Shown: positions 51,241 to 61,860, counted from the first letter of the stretch. The stretch: 64,000 nt of DNA from Gemmatimonadaceae bacterium (GCA_037721215.1 JBBJNV010000003.1:55646-119645); one strand, 5' to 3'. Numbers and translations: made by a program. Notes: generated by a model from the sequence alone, not told the origin.

Positions 51241-51269
51241 GCGGACTAACTGTGAACTGCGGACTAACT
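51241..51269. repeat. GCGGACTAACT short repeat cluster
   Basis: GCGGACTAACTGTGAACTGCGGACTAACT; same family as 61667-61738 and 62761-62860. Confidence 0.65.
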
Positions 51270-51310
51270 TGATTCTGTACGCTGAGTTTCGATCGGCCCG
51301 GACGGCGCCG

Positions 51311-51666
51311 CTAGTGATGGCCAACCTGCCGCTGGCGCTCGATGACCGTGATGCTCACGGGGCGCGGTCAGCATCGCCTCGCTCGTGGGTTTCGTCACCT
51401 GTCGGAATTGCCACGAGGAACGGGATTCTCCTCGTATCGCATTACCTGCAGCTTCTTGGCGAAGGCGTTCCGTTTCGTGTGATCCTGGCGGTCTTTTAAC
51501 CGCGACGGCGTTGAACATGCCGGTTTTGCCGGCGCTGTACTGGATCTTCGGTGCCAGAATAGTCGAGGTCCGGGAGGAGGTTAGCCTTGGGCCGGCCGGA
51601 CAAGCAATCGGCACCCGATCCATGTCGCACCATGGCGTTCCCTTCCACTCTCGGGGCAGAGTATGA
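51311..51666 (+). pseudogene. Degraded C-terminal relic of a CusA/CzcA-type RND efflux permease
   Basis: Colinear motifs across two frames: LVMANLPLAL (51311), VSIASLVGFVT (51367), GIATRNGILLVSHY (51404), GGLLTATALNM..PALYWIFG (51487). Confidence 0.8.
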
Positions 51667-51762
51667 GAGTCACCGCATGGCGCGGTGGGAGCTTCGCGTC
51701 AAATCAACTGTTGGTGAAGGCACAGCGTACATCCCGATACTGAGAATCCCACGGACCAACAT

Positions 51763-52683
51763 ATGACAAAGTTCACAACGGCCGTAACAGCATTCGCAGT
51801 TGCTGGGACGTGCTGCGCGGTTCCACTCAACGCACAAGGCACCGTCCCGGGAGGCGGCTCGATCCGCGGTTGGAACGCGCTGGACTCGGCACTTGGCCGG
51901 AAAGGCGCCGCACAGCCCGGCGAGGTTATGAAGTACAGCTTCCCGCGAAGCGATCTCGACGTAACGGCAAACGGGGTGAAGCTAAAACCGGCCTTCGCGC
52001 TCGGTTCATGGATTGCCTTCAAGCGAGTCGGCCGTAACACGATGGCGATGGGTGACTTGGTCCTCGTCGAGGACGAAGTGGGAACGGTGATGACGAGGCT
52101 TCAAACCGGCGGCGTGGAGCAGACCGCGCTGCACAACCATGTGCTGGGAGAGTCGCCCCGCGTGATGTACCTGCACATATCGGCGCATGGAGATGAAGTC
52201 AAAATTGCCCGCACCATTCGTGAGGCACTTGCACTCACCGGAACTCCGCTTGCGACGCCTTCTGCGGCGGGAATCGCAGCGATTGATCTGGATACGGCGG
52301 CGGTTGCCAACGCCCTCGGCTACCGAGGGAAAGTCGGCGGGGGAGTCTACCAGGTGAGTGTGCCAAGGGCGCAAACGATAGTTGAGAACAAAATGGAGGT
52401 GCCAGCCTCCATGGGCTTGGCAACGGTGATCAACTTCCAGCCGACGGGCGGGGGGAAAGCGGCAATCACCGGCGACTTCGTGATGACCGCCGGCGAAGTG
52501 AATCGCGTGATCAGAGCGCTACAGGCGCATCGCATACAGACAACCGCGCTACACACGCACATGTTGACGGAATCACCACGGCTGTTCTTCATGCACTTCT
52601 GGGCCAATGATAACGCGGTGACGCTGGCGCGAGGGCTTCGCGCCGCGCTCGCGGAAATGCGCGTTCAACCGGCTGCCAGGTAG
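51763..52683 (+). CDS. DUF1259 (LppY/LpqO-like) secreted protein
   Basis: Two repeats: MGDLVLVEDEV..TALHNH and GDFVMTAGEV..TALHTH. Confidence 0.9.
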   Translation: MTKFTTAVTAFAVAGTCCAVPLNAQGTVPGGGSIRGWNALDSALGRKGAAQPGEVMKYSFPRSDLDVTANGVKLKPAFALGSWIAFKRVGRNTMAMGDLVLVEDEVGTVMTRLQTGGVEQTALHNHVLGESPRVMYLHISAHGDEVKIARTIREALALTGTPLATPSAAGIAAIDLDTAAVANALGYRGKVGGGVYQVSVPRAQTIVENKMEVPASMGLATVINFQPTGGGKAAITGDFVMTAGEVNRVIRALQAHRIQTTALHTHMLTESPRLFFMHFWANDNAVTLARGLRAALAEMRVQPAAR

Positions 52684-52837
52684 ACGCGTTCACTCCATCA
52701 TCAACTGCACCGCTTCAGTCCGGAACTCAGCCGTGAACTCGCGCCGGATACGTCTTTTCTTCCCCGTCACTGGACACCACCTTTCCCAAATCATCGAGGC
52801 CGATCGAGGTGTCCGCAAAACCGGGTAGCGTCACCCT

Positions 52838-55405
52838 CTATTGCGACGCTCTCTCCCCGCCTTTGGCATTCTTGAGATGCTTGTCAAGCCAGGTAATGGT
52901 CTCCCACGCCACGTGCCGGGTGGTCTCCCGCGCTGTGTATCCGTGTGGCTCGAGCGGCAGCTGAACGTAGCGCACGCTTCCGCCGTTACCCTTGATGGCA
53001 GCATACAGCCGCTCTGACTGAATCGGGAACGTCCCCGAGTTGTCGTCGCGCTGGCCGTGGATCAGCAACACCGGCTCGTTTATCTGATGCGCGTAATTGA
53101 ATGGCGACATCTTCGCGTAAATGTCCTGCGCCTCCCAGTATGTGCGCGGCTCTGCCTGAAATCCGAACGGCGTGAGCGTCCTGTTGTACGCGCCGCTCTC
53201 GGCAATTCCGGTACGGAACAGATTCGAGTGAGCCAGCAGGTTGGCAGTCATGAACGCGCCGTACGAGTGGCCACCCACCGCCACGCGATTGCGGTCGCCC
53301 ACTCCCATGTCCACAATCTTGTCGATGGCGGCCTTGGCGCTGGCGACGAGCTGCTCGATATACGTGTCGTTCGGCTCCTTCCCGTTCATCGCGACAATCG
53401 GCATGGTCGGCCCGTCGAGGATGCCATAGCCCTGGGTGAGCAGCAGCAGATGCGTCTGACGCGCGGGGCGCCTGTACTGGTAGCGGGAGCCGGTAACCTG
53501 AGATGCCGCATCGGCCGACAGGAACTCACGCGGATACGCCCAGAAGTAGAACGGCAACGGACCTTTCGATTTGTCGTAGCCCGGCGGCAGATAGAGAGTC
53601 GCTGAAAGCTCGACACCATCAGCGCGCTTATATCGGATGAGCTCGCTCTTCACGTTCGCAAAGTATGGGGCGGGATCACCGAGCTTCGTGATCTGGGTCG
53701 CCGTACCCGTGCGAATGTCGCGCAGGAAATAATTGGGCGGCTCGGTTGGGGATTCTCGCTGGGTGATGATCCTGCCGGCATCGTTATCCGAAATGTGGAT
53801 CACCTGCTCGTAGTATGGCGCAGCCGACTGCCATAATCGCTCGGTCTTGCCGGTGACGACATCGATGCGGTCGAGGAAGGGCCGGTCGCCCTCGACGGAT
53901 GCGCCAGCCCCGCGCAGATATACCCAGCGTCCGTCGCTCGACCTCAGCGGAACCTCGCGACCGCTCGCATCGCGCACCGTGACCAGGGTACCCGGATCAG
54001 CGTAACGGTCTTCGACGCTTCTGTTCCACAGGACGCGGCTCGTCCCGCCGGACAGCGACGGATCGATCACCCATGTACGCAACCGTCCGGTACGCGACAG
54101 GCGCTCGTTCAGCAGCGCGACAGTCGGTGTCGCCCACGTGACTCCTGCATAGCGGTACTCAGTCTCACCCAGCGTCAGCGGCTTCCCGGTGAACGGGGCA
54201 GCAAGCAGCGACACACGGTCACGTTTGTCGACTTTCATCTTTGGATCGCCCTTGTCGAGCGCTTCCGCGTACACGAGCGTGGCGGGCGCGTCCGAACGCC
54301 AGCTCACATTCCGGATACCGGGCAACACCGCATCCCGGGCACTCGGCGCTTCTTCGGGGATATCGGTCTTCGATACCTGCTTTACCATCGTGCCGGCCGT
54401 GGTCCAGACTTCGGTGGACAATGGAAAGCTGCCGAGTGGCATCTGGTACGAATACGGTCGGTTCACTTTCTGGACGAGAATGTATTCGCCTGATGGCGAC
54501 GGCTGCGCGCTGACGTACACGCCTGGTTTCCCAATCCGCGAAACGTTTCCGTCAATCCCTACAACGGCAAGCTGGTTGGTGAAGTGATAATCGAACAACG
54601 CCTCGTCATGCGGACTCGCGAGCAGGTACCCGTACGTCCTGGACGGCGCGTTTCGGCCGTACGATTCCTGGACAAGCGGACCTGCTGGAACGTCGCTTTC
54701 CCTGGGCTGTGCGCCGCGGTTGGCAATGTTCATGCGGCAGAGAAGGCGAGGACTCGCTCCCATCCATGTACAGCCTCCGTTCACATGGTTGATCGCCGGC
54801 GGCGTCAGCCGGGACACGTTTGTGCCGGCTGCGTTCGACACCCATAGCGCCACGCCGGCCGGAGTCGTGACAGTGAAAGCGAGATGCTTTCCGTCACGGG
54901 ACCAGTTGAGGTCCTGAATTCTGCCGCCGGTAGCCGAGTACTCACGATCGCTTCCGGTGGCGGCATCGTGCATTCGGAGCGACATCCTCCGGTTGGCGAT
55001 CGTTGTGTAAGCGAGCGAAGCTCCGATCGGCGACCACACCGCCGAGCCTATCCTGCCTCCAGCAGGAATCTTCAATGCGCGCGACACGGTTCCATCGATG
55101 CTCTGCAGCATTGCCGATCGCATGCCGATGTTCTCGATCTTGCTCGAGGCGACAGGACTTATCTTTCTGCCCGCGAGAAAGAGAGCGGGCTCAGCCATAT
55201 CGGCGATGGTGATGCTGCGGGGATCGCTGATGCTCGTCAGCAGCCATTTCCTGTTGGAGCTCACGGTAGCCACAGGTGCGGACGCCGCATCCAGTATCTG
55301 CGTCATCGCCGCGGGTGGCAGCTGGTAAGTGGATTGTGCGGCGGCGGTGGCATGCGAGCACAGAACGGCCGCGATTGTTGCGGCAAGGGCGAGGGATCGG
55401 AGCAT
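52838..55405 (-). CDS. S9 prolyl oligopeptidase family (glutamyl peptidase-like), secreted
   Basis: GGHSYG, HGQRDDNSG, EPHGY; beta-propeller N-terminal part. Confidence 0.93.
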   Translation of the reverse strand: MLRSLALAATIAAVLCSHATAAAQSTYQLPPAAMTQILDAASAPVATVSSNRKWLLTSISDPRSITIADMAEPALFLAGRKISPVASSKIENIGMRSAMLQSIDGTVSRALKIPAGGRIGSAVWSPIGASLAYTTIANRRMSLRMHDAATGSDREYSATGGRIQDLNWSRDGKHLAFTVTTPAGVALWVSNAAGTNVSRLTPPAINHVNGGCTWMGASPRLLCRMNIANRGAQPRESDVPAGPLVQESYGRNAPSRTYGYLLASPHDEALFDYHFTNQLAVVGIDGNVSRIGKPGVYVSAQPSPSGEYILVQKVNRPYSYQMPLGSFPLSTEVWTTAGTMVKQVSKTDIPEEAPSARDAVLPGIRNVSWRSDAPATLVYAEALDKGDPKMKVDKRDRVSLLAAPFTGKPLTLGETEYRYAGVTWATPTVALLNERLSRTGRLRTWVIDPSLSGGTSRVLWNRSVEDRYADPGTLVTVRDASGREVPLRSSDGRWVYLRGAGASVEGDRPFLDRIDVVTGKTERLWQSAAPYYEQVIHISDNDAGRIITQRESPTEPPNYFLRDIRTGTATQITKLGDPAPYFANVKSELIRYKRADGVELSATLYLPPGYDKSKGPLPFYFWAYPREFLSADAASQVTGSRYQYRRPARQTHLLLLTQGYGILDGPTMPIVAMNGKEPNDTYIEQLVASAKAAIDKIVDMGVGDRNRVAVGGHSYGAFMTANLLAHSNLFRTGIAESGAYNRTLTPFGFQAEPRTYWEAQDIYAKMSPFNYAHQINEPVLLIHGQRDDNSGTFPIQSERLYAAIKGNGGSVRYVQLPLEPHGYTARETTRHVAWETITWLDKHLKNAKGGERASQ

Positions 55406-55803
55406 GGGGGCGGGGTTAGGGACTGGTTCTCTAACTTACGACGCGGCGCATTATCACGCTTATACCCGGCCGCGCTACCGAAAAATGCTTGGACTTGTCA
55501 ATCACGTTTCTTGAGAGCTTCGAGTCGGACGAGGCCCTTTTCGATCGATCTTGACTGCAGCTGCTACGAGATAGTTCCGGCGATCCCGCGACAGCATCCA
55601 TTGAGCTTCCCGATTCGAGCGGTATAAAAGTCCTTGCGATCATGACTGTCTCCAATTTCAGACTTAACGGATACGGGCATGCCTACACAGAGCGGCGCAA
55701 GCCGTGGTGGAAGTTTCTGATTCGGCTCAGGCGTCAGCATTGTTGCAATCACGACTTTCGACTCCGGCCCTTTGAATCCGGTCGAGGCAGTTCGGGTTAC
55801 CCT

Positions 55804-56054
55804 CTTGCGGGCATCGCCGAGGTAGAAGTTCGACGTCTCTGTGAGCGACTTGCGCTGCGTGATGATCCAGCCCGCATCGTTGTCCGCGACGTAGATTACA
55901 GTCTGATAATGGGGAGCAGCCGATTGCGTGAGCTGCTCAGTCGTGCCGGTATTGACGCCGATGCGATCGAGAAATGCCGGTCGTCTTCAGCGTGGTGCAG
56001 TGCGGGGGAGGACGCAGGATAAGTCAAAAACGCTGGCGCACCAGCGAGATAAAT
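55804..56054 (-). pseudogene. Fragmentary duplicate of the adjacent S9 peptidase
   Basis: 55983-55804 translates RPAFLDRIGVNTGTTEQLTQSAAPHYQ..., 36/59 identical ungapped (hand count) to S9 residues encoded at 53887-53711; IYLAGAPA at 56054-56031 matches VYLRGAGA. Confidence 0.85.
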
Positions 56055-56146
56055 CGTATCACTCTGCTATGCTTGCGGTCTTTCGTTTCCGTATGAATCG
56101 TCGCTGACGCGCACGGTGGTTGCCCCACCTGAAGCTCGGAGGATCA

Positions 56147-56689
56147 ATGACAAGACTCGTACTCCCATTCGCAATCGCCGCACTCGCGATGTCGCTCACA
56201 TTCGCAACGCCGGCAGATGCACAGCGCCGGGAACGCGGCCGCAATTCCGAGCGCTCCGTAACCATTCAGGGTGGTGCGTTCATTCACGACTTTTACGGTG
56301 ACGATGCACGCCCCATGGTCGCTATTCGCGCAAACTGGGGTCTCGCTCGCTGGTTGCTGAGCGAGTTCGGGACGTTCTACACTCAACCCAAGGATATCCG
56401 CGGCGCCGTCGACGTGATGGGCGTCGACCTGGCCCTGCAGGCGCAACTTCCGCATTCCATACTCCGGCCCTACGTGGGGCTTGGTGCGGGCATTCACGTC
56501 ACGCTCGAGGGTGGGGGCGGCGACCGGTTTGCAGAGAGTTCGACCCAGGCAATGGCTGGGCTCCGGCTGCGGCTAACGCGAGGAATCGGCCTGCGGGGCG
56601 AGATGCGGTACCGGATCGACGATCAGCAGCGCTCGCCAAGCGCGGCGGACAACGTCGAGATGACCGGGGGAATCAGCTGGAGCTGGTAG
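56147..56689 (+). CDS. Outer-membrane beta-barrel protein
   Basis: ATG after GGAGG; signal peptide; RPYVGLGAG; ends ISWSW. Confidence 0.85.
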   Translation: MTRLVLPFAIAALAMSLTFATPADAQRRERGRNSERSVTIQGGAFIHDFYGDDARPMVAIRANWGLARWLLSEFGTFYTQPKDIRGAVDVMGVDLALQAQLPHSILRPYVGLGAGIHVTLEGGGGDRFAESSTQAMAGLRLRLTRGIGLRGEMRYRIDDQQRSPSAADNVEMTGGISWSW

Positions 56690-56797
56690 GGCCGGCACCA
56701 CGTTCGAGATCGACAGCTGACTTGTACAATGAAGGGTTCAACGATTGAATCGCTGGAATCGTTTCGGCAACCTGTCAGGGCGACTGGCCAACAAGTC

Positions 56798-58198
56798 TCA
56801 CTGCATGCCGCGCTCGCGCCGCTCGAGCGTCATCCGCATTCGATGGCGTGGCCTCAACGTGATGAGCGGCTGGACATCCACCGGATGCCCTTCTACAAGA
56901 CGTATGCGCCAACGCTGCGCAATTGACGCTACGAGCAGAATTTCCTCCATCCACGCGAACTGCTCGCCAATGCACACTCGCGTCCCACCGCCGAAGGGGA
57001 AATACGCGAACTTCGGACGATCGCCCTGCGCTTCGGCGGACCAGCGCATTGGATCGAATCGCTCCGGATCGGGGAAGTAACGCGGATCGCGATGCATGAT
57101 GTACTGGCTCATCAGAATCACTGATTTCTTCGGCACCGTGAATCCCCGTACCTCGAACGACTCGAGTGCCCGCCGTCCTATCGCCCACGCCGGCGGATAC
57201 AACCGCATCGACTCGGTGATCACCATCCGCGTGTAGGGCAATGACGCCAGATCATCGTACGCCGGGTTCCGCCCGGCCAGCACGCCATCGACCTCCGCGT
57301 GCAGACGCGCTTCGATGCCGGGGTGCTGCGAGAGCAGGTACCAGGTCCACGTCAACGCATTGGCGGTGGTTTCATGGCCGGCAAGGAATATCGTCAGCGC
57401 CTCGTCGCGTAACTGCGAATCGCTCATCCTTCCGCCATCACCCTCTGCATCAGTTGCCATCAGCAGCATCGACAGCAAATCACCACGGTCTTCACCAGTC
57501 CGGCGGCGCTCATCGATCATTCCATAGATGGTGCTGTCGAGCCGCGCCCGGGCGGCGTTGAACCTGCGGACAGCCGGGAACGGCAGCTTCTCGATGTATT
57601 CGGTGAATGGAAGCATGGCCAGATTGAACGACTCGAACGCAGTCGTCAATGCCTCTCCGATCTCGTTTTCCTCGTCGTCGACGTCGGCGTCGAACAATGT
57701 CTTGCTGACGATGCCGAGGGTCAACTTCATCATCTCGTGATGAATGTCGAGTGTCTGGCCATCGTTCCACGTGGACTGCATGCGGTTGGCGTGTTCCGTC
57801 ATTGTCATCGCATAGCCCGCTATGCGCTGCCGGTGAAAAGCCGGCTGGGCGAGCCTGCGTTGCCTGAGATGAAAATCGCCTTCACTGGTGAGGAGACCGG
57901 TGCCCAGCAATTTCTTCGCGCGTTCGAGGCCGCGGCTCTTGTGGAAATTCTTCTGTCTCGTAACCAGGACGTCGCGGATGAGATCGGGATGGTTGAACAG
58001 AAACAGATGCTGCGGTCCCACGCGGAAATGCGCCATGTCCCCGTATTCGGCGGCCATGGCCATCATCATCCCGAGCGGGTTGCGCGCTACCTCGACAAGA
58101 AACTGACCCGGATAGCGCGCGCGGGGTCCCGGCGGATACACACTGCCGCGCCGCTGGCGAGAGGCCGCGAACCTGGGAAGGCTGACCGGCACCGGCAT
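56798..58198 (-). CDS. Cytochrome P450
   Basis: [24 protein letters not shown]; ATG at 58198. Confidence 0.95.
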   Translation of the reverse strand: MPVPVSLPRFAASRQRRGSVYPPGPRARYPGQFLVEVARNPLGMMMAMAAEYGDMAHFRVGPQHLFLFNHPDLIRDVLVTRQKNFHKSRGLERAKKLLGTGLLTSEGDFHLRQRRLAQPAFHRQRIAGYAMTMTEHANRMQSTWNDGQTLDIHHEMMKLTLGIVSKTLFDADVDDEENEIGEALTTAFESFNLAMLPFTEYIEKLPFPAVRRFNAARARLDSTIYGMIDERRRTGEDRGDLLSMLLMATDAEGDGGRMSDSQLRDEALTIFLAGHETTANALTWTWYLLSQHPGIEARLHAEVDGVLAGRNPAYDDLASLPYTRMVITESMRLYPPAWAIGRRALESFEVRGFTVPKKSVILMSQYIMHRDPRYFPDPERFDPMRWSAEAQGDRPKFAYFPFGGGTRVCIGEQFAWMEEILLVASIAQRWRIRLVEGHPVDVQPLITLRPRHRMRMTLERRERGMQ

Positions 58199-58240
58199 CG
58201 CTGCGCTCTTTACACCAGGGAGTGAATCGGTCGTAGATCC

Positions 58241-58350
58241 TCTGGCGCGGATGACTTTCCCAAGCCCGCATCCGTCATGAGTTATCTGGCGCGGATGATG
58301 TTCCCAGGCCTGCATTCCTCATGGATCCTCTGACGCGAACGGCGTTCCCA
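58241..58350. repeat. 44-bp tandem repeat (two full units and one partial)
   Basis: Units start at 58241, 58285 and 58329; the first two match at 33/39 positions; internal CGGATG..CATCCG hairpin in unit 1. Confidence 0.7.
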
Positions 58351-58360
58351 ATGTTAACAT
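58351..58360 (+). promoter_or_regulatory. Candidate extended -10 element TGTTAACAT
   Basis: TG-n-TAACAT about 40 nt before ATG 58399; the same 9-mer is oriented the same way about 47 nt before TTG 49731. Confidence 0.35.
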
Positions 58361-58398
58361 GTGGGACCGCAAATCTCACTCAGCCCCATTGCATCGCC

Positions 58399-61300
58399 AT
58401 GCTCACAGCAACGCCACGCGCCCGCATCGTTTCTGCCGCTCTCGTCAGTGGGCTCACCCTTGTTTTCACAAGTTCTTCAATCGCCCAGCGACCTGGTCGC
58501 GCCACTGAAAAAACCACTCCGAAAACAGCATTTAATCAGGCCACTTACGATTCGGCCATGCTTGGTGAATTTGCCTGGCGGCCGATTGGACCGGCGGTGA
58601 CGAGCGGGCGCATCGTGGATCTTGCTGTTGCTGAAGGACCAGAGTCCAGAATTGGCGACCGCCTCGGGAAGCTGATGTACGCCGCCTCAGCAGCAGGCGG
58701 AGTATGGAAATCGACGAACGCCGGAACTACATGGGAGCCCATATTCGACAAACAGAGCACGTCATCCATCGGTGACATCGCTCTGGCGCCGTCAAACCCG
58801 GAAATTTTGTGGGTCGGTACCGGCGAGTCCAACAATCAGCGCAGCTCGTCGTGGGGGGATGGCGTTTACAAGTCGGAGAATGGTGGACGAACGTGGACGA
58901 ACATGGGACTGCGAACGTCGCAGCACATCGGCCGGATTGTAGTTCATCCGAGAAACGCAAACACGGTATTCGTGGCGGCAGTCGGCCCGCTCTGGGCATC
59001 GGGAGGGGAGCGCGGCCTGTTCAGGACCACCGACGGTGGAAAGACCTGGAAGAACGTGCTCAAAATCAACGAGCACACCGGCGTCACCGACGTGATTCTC
59101 GATCCGAGCGAGCCAAACACGGTTTACGCCGCGGCGTTTCAGCGCCAGCGCAAGGCGTACAGCTTCGTCGGCGGCGGGCCTTCGAGCGGCATCTACAAAT
59201 CGACCGACGGGGGCGAGAGCTGGACAAGGCTCACCGAAGGTTTGCCATCAGGTGACATTGGCCGTATCGGGCTCGATGTCAGCCGGTCGCAGCCGCGGAC
59301 GATCTACGCGACGATGGAGACGAAGACTGCCGACATCTACCGGTCGGATGATTACGGAGCAAGCTGGCGCAAGACAGGCACGGGTTCATCGTTTCCCTGG
59401 TACATGGGACAGATCCGCGTCGATCCGCGGAACGCTGACAGAATCTACTTTCTCGGCGTCCCATTGCAGACATCAGACGATGGCGGAAAGACGATGCGGA
59501 ATATTCTCACGTCGTCGCATGTCGATCATCATGCGCTGTGGATCGATCCCACTGATTCCGATCACATCATCGTCGGCAACGACGGTGGGGTCTACATCAC
59601 GCACGATCGCGGGGAGACGGCGGATTTCGTAGCCAATCTTCCCATTGCGCAGTACTACGCGATCGGTCTCGACATGCGGCAGCCGTTCTACTACGTGTAT
59701 GGCGGGCTGCAGGATAACAACAGTCTTGCCGGCCCGAGCCAGACCCGCAACCGGCAGGGAATAACCAACAGCGACTGGTTTTTCACTTCCGGCGGAGATG
59801 GCTTCTACTCGGCTGTCGATCCCACGGATCCCAACGTCGTCTATTCGGAATCACAGAACGGCGGCATCGTCCGGTATGACGTGAAGACGGGAGAGCAGAA
59901 GAGCATCAAGCCACAGCCTTCATTCAGCGCCGAGAAGCTGAGATGGAACTGGAGTGCGCCGCTGCTGATATCGCCGCACGATCACAGGACACTTTACTTC
60001 GGCGCGAATCACCTCTTTCGGAGCACCAGCCGCGGCGACAGCTGGGAGACACTCGGTCCCGATCTTACGCGACGGCTCGACCGGGACAAGCTGCCGCTGA
60101 TGGGGAAGCTGTGGACGAAGGAGGCGATCGCACGGCATGCGGGTGTCGCCGATTACGGAAATATCAGCACTGTGGATGAGTCGCCGATGCGGAAAGGGCT
60201 GCTCTATGTCGGGACCGACGACGGGCTGATTCAGGTTTCACGTGACGGTGGTGCGACGTGGACCCGGATCTCGAGATTTCCCGGAGTACCGGAGCAGACG
60301 TATGTGAGCCGCGTGGTGGCATCCCGGCACAATGAAGGAACCGTCTACGCTGCGTTCGACGGGCACCGGAGTAATGATTTCAGGGCTTACGCACTGAGAA
60401 GCAACGACTACGGGAAGACGTGGGCGTCTATTGCCTCCAACCTTCCGGCCAACTCGTCGTTGCAGGTAATTCGCGAACATCACCGGGCGCCGGCGCTGTT
60501 GTTCGCGGGTAACGAAATCGGAGCGTATTACAGCGGGAACGGCGGGCGCAGCTGGTCGAGACTGCAGTACAATCTTCCGACGGTGCCGGTGCACGATATC
60601 CAGATTCACCCGCGGGAGAACGATCTGGTGATCGGCACTCACGGCCGCGGTATTTACATCATCGATGACATAACTCCGCTCGAGCGGCTGGCTGAGGCCG
60701 AGCGTGGCGGGGCGATGCATTTATTTCCGGTGAAGGCGACGACGCTGTTCAATTACAACGCGTCAGTGCCGGGGGGCCTGCGTGGTGCGGCATCGCTCGG
60801 AGAAAGGTCGTACAGCGCGCCGAATCCGGCGTTCGGGTCGACGCTCACGTATTACGTGAGGGATTCACTGCCAAAAGGACGGACGCTGTCGCTGGCGGTG
60901 TTCGATTCCACCGGGAAGAAGGTGCGCGACCTTACGGTGAATTCGAAGAAGGGTCTGCATCGCGCGACGTGGGATCTGAGAATGGCACCGGCCTACGTGG
61001 TCCCGAAGGCGCCGGCGAATCGTCAGCCGAACGGCGCGTTTGCGTTGCCCGGCAGGTACGTTGCGCGATTGACTCTGGGGGGCGCGAGTGGTGCGGCTCC
61101 GGTGACGATGGAGACACCGGTGCTGGTGAATGCCGACCCGTTGATCACTTTGACTGCCGCCGAGTATCGGGAGTTGTACCTGACGCGGGTTCGCGCAGGG
61201 GAGCAGCAGGCGCGAGTACAGGCTGCTGTCAGGTCCGCGGAGATGCTGAAGGACCAGATGGGCGAAGTAAATACCGCGCTCCGCGGCGCGACGCTGGACA

Positions 61301-61629
61301 GCTTGTCGAAGCAGAGCGACGCGATCGAGAAAGAGGTGGATGACATCCTTCTCAAAGTGCGTGGCCGACAGGGGCCGGAGGCAAATGATGTTGATGACAG
61401 GAAGTTCGAGCCGTCGATTCAGGATCGTGTGAATCAGGTGGCGCGTGAGATTGGCGACGTGAGCTCACCGGCGACGGAGATTCAGCGGCGCACGCTGGAG
61501 ATGGCGATGGCGGATCTGGCGCGGGAGGTTGCCAGGCTCAATGTGTTGTTGACGGTGAGGGTGCCAGCGTTAAACCGCGGGCTGGATGCGGCAGGGGTGG
61601 CATGGACGGTGGGGAGAGAGGTCAGATGA
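58399..61629 (+). CDS. VPS10/sortilin-like BNR-repeat protein (glycosyl-hydrolase-like)
   Basis: WRPIGP..SGRI, multiple SxDGGxTW Asp boxes, YGGLQDN, GTHGRG, coiled C-terminus. Confidence 0.92.
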   Translation: MLTATPRARIVSAALVSGLTLVFTSSSIAQRPGRATEKTTPKTAFNQATYDSAMLGEFAWRPIGPAVTSGRIVDLAVAEGPESRIGDRLGKLMYAASAAGGVWKSTNAGTTWEPIFDKQSTSSIGDIALAPSNPEILWVGTGESNNQRSSSWGDGVYKSENGGRTWTNMGLRTSQHIGRIVVHPRNANTVFVAAVGPLWASGGERGLFRTTDGGKTWKNVLKINEHTGVTDVILDPSEPNTVYAAAFQRQRKAYSFVGGGPSSGIYKSTDGGESWTRLTEGLPSGDIGRIGLDVSRSQPRTIYATMETKTADIYRSDDYGASWRKTGTGSSFPWYMGQIRVDPRNADRIYFLGVPLQTSDDGGKTMRNILTSSHVDHHALWIDPTDSDHIIVGNDGGVYITHDRGETADFVANLPIAQYYAIGLDMRQPFYYVYGGLQDNNSLAGPSQTRNRQGITNSDWFFTSGGDGFYSAVDPTDPNVVYSESQNGGIVRYDVKTGEQKSIKPQPSFSAEKLRWNWSAPLLISPHDHRTLYFGANHLFRSTSRGDSWETLGPDLTRRLDRDKLPLMGKLWTKEAIARHAGVADYGNISTVDESPMRKGLLYVGTDDGLIQVSRDGGATWTRISRFPGVPEQTYVSRVVASRHNEGTVYAAFDGHRSNDFRAYALRSNDYGKTWASIASNLPANSSLQVIREHHRAPALLFAGNEIGAYYSGNGGRSWSRLQYNLPTVPVHDIQIHPRENDLVIGTHGRGIYIIDDITPLERLAEAERGGAMHLFPVKATTLFNYNASVPGGLRGAASLGERSYSAPNPAFGSTLTYYVRDSLPKGRTLSLAVFDSTGKKVRDLTVNSKKGLHRATWDLRMAPAYVVPKAPANRQPNGAFALPGRYVARLTLGGASGAAPVTMETPVLVNADPLITLTAAEYRELYLTRVRAGEQQARVQAAVRSAEMLKDQMGEVNTALRGATLDSLSKQSDAIEKEVDDILLKVRGRQGPEANDVDDRKFEPSIQDRVNQVAREIGDVSSPATEIQRRTLEMAMADLAREVARLNVLLTVRVPALNRGLDAAGVAWTVGREVR

Positions 61630-61666
61630 GAGGCGTTGCGGGGCGAGGAAGGGCGACCGCGGAGTG

Positions 61667-61738
61667 AGGACTAACTGCCGGTGCGGACTGCTGACTGATT
61701 GCGGAGTGCGGGCCTGCTGCGAACTGCGGACTAACTGC
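61667..61738. repeat. GCGGACT(A) short repeat cluster
   Basis: GAGGACTAACTGC..GCGGACTGCTGACTG..GCGAACTGCGGACTAACTGC; ends 8 nt before the IS3 end. Confidence 0.65.
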
Positions 61739-61745
61739 ACGGGTG

Positions 61746-61860
61746 TGATCTTACCCCGGGTTTGTGGACACATCGATCGGCCTCGATAATTTGAGGAAGG
61801 AGGTGTCCAGTGATGGAAAAGAAAAGACACAATCAGCGCGGGTTCACCGCGGAGTTTCGA
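61746..61860 (+). mobile_element. IS3-family left end with truncated orfA
   Basis: TGATCTTACCCCGGGTTTGTGGACAC (IS3-like IRL), GGAGG RBS, ATG at 61813 MEKKRHNQRGFTAEFR, then loss of similarity. Confidence 0.8.

Noticed and set aside
51264-51623. Minus-strand ORF starting MDRVPIACP as a ChrB-like protein
   Set aside because: Only a few residues resemble ChrB; the plus strand carries four ordered RND motifs that explain the region better.
55642-56022. 126-aa plus-strand ORF as a real gene
   Set aside because: It is the antisense shadow of the S9 peptidase relic on the minus strand.
58241-58350. CRISPR array (also considered for the repeats at 7891, 22701 and 62761)
   Set aside because: Whole units are repeated with no unique spacers, and no cas genes are present.
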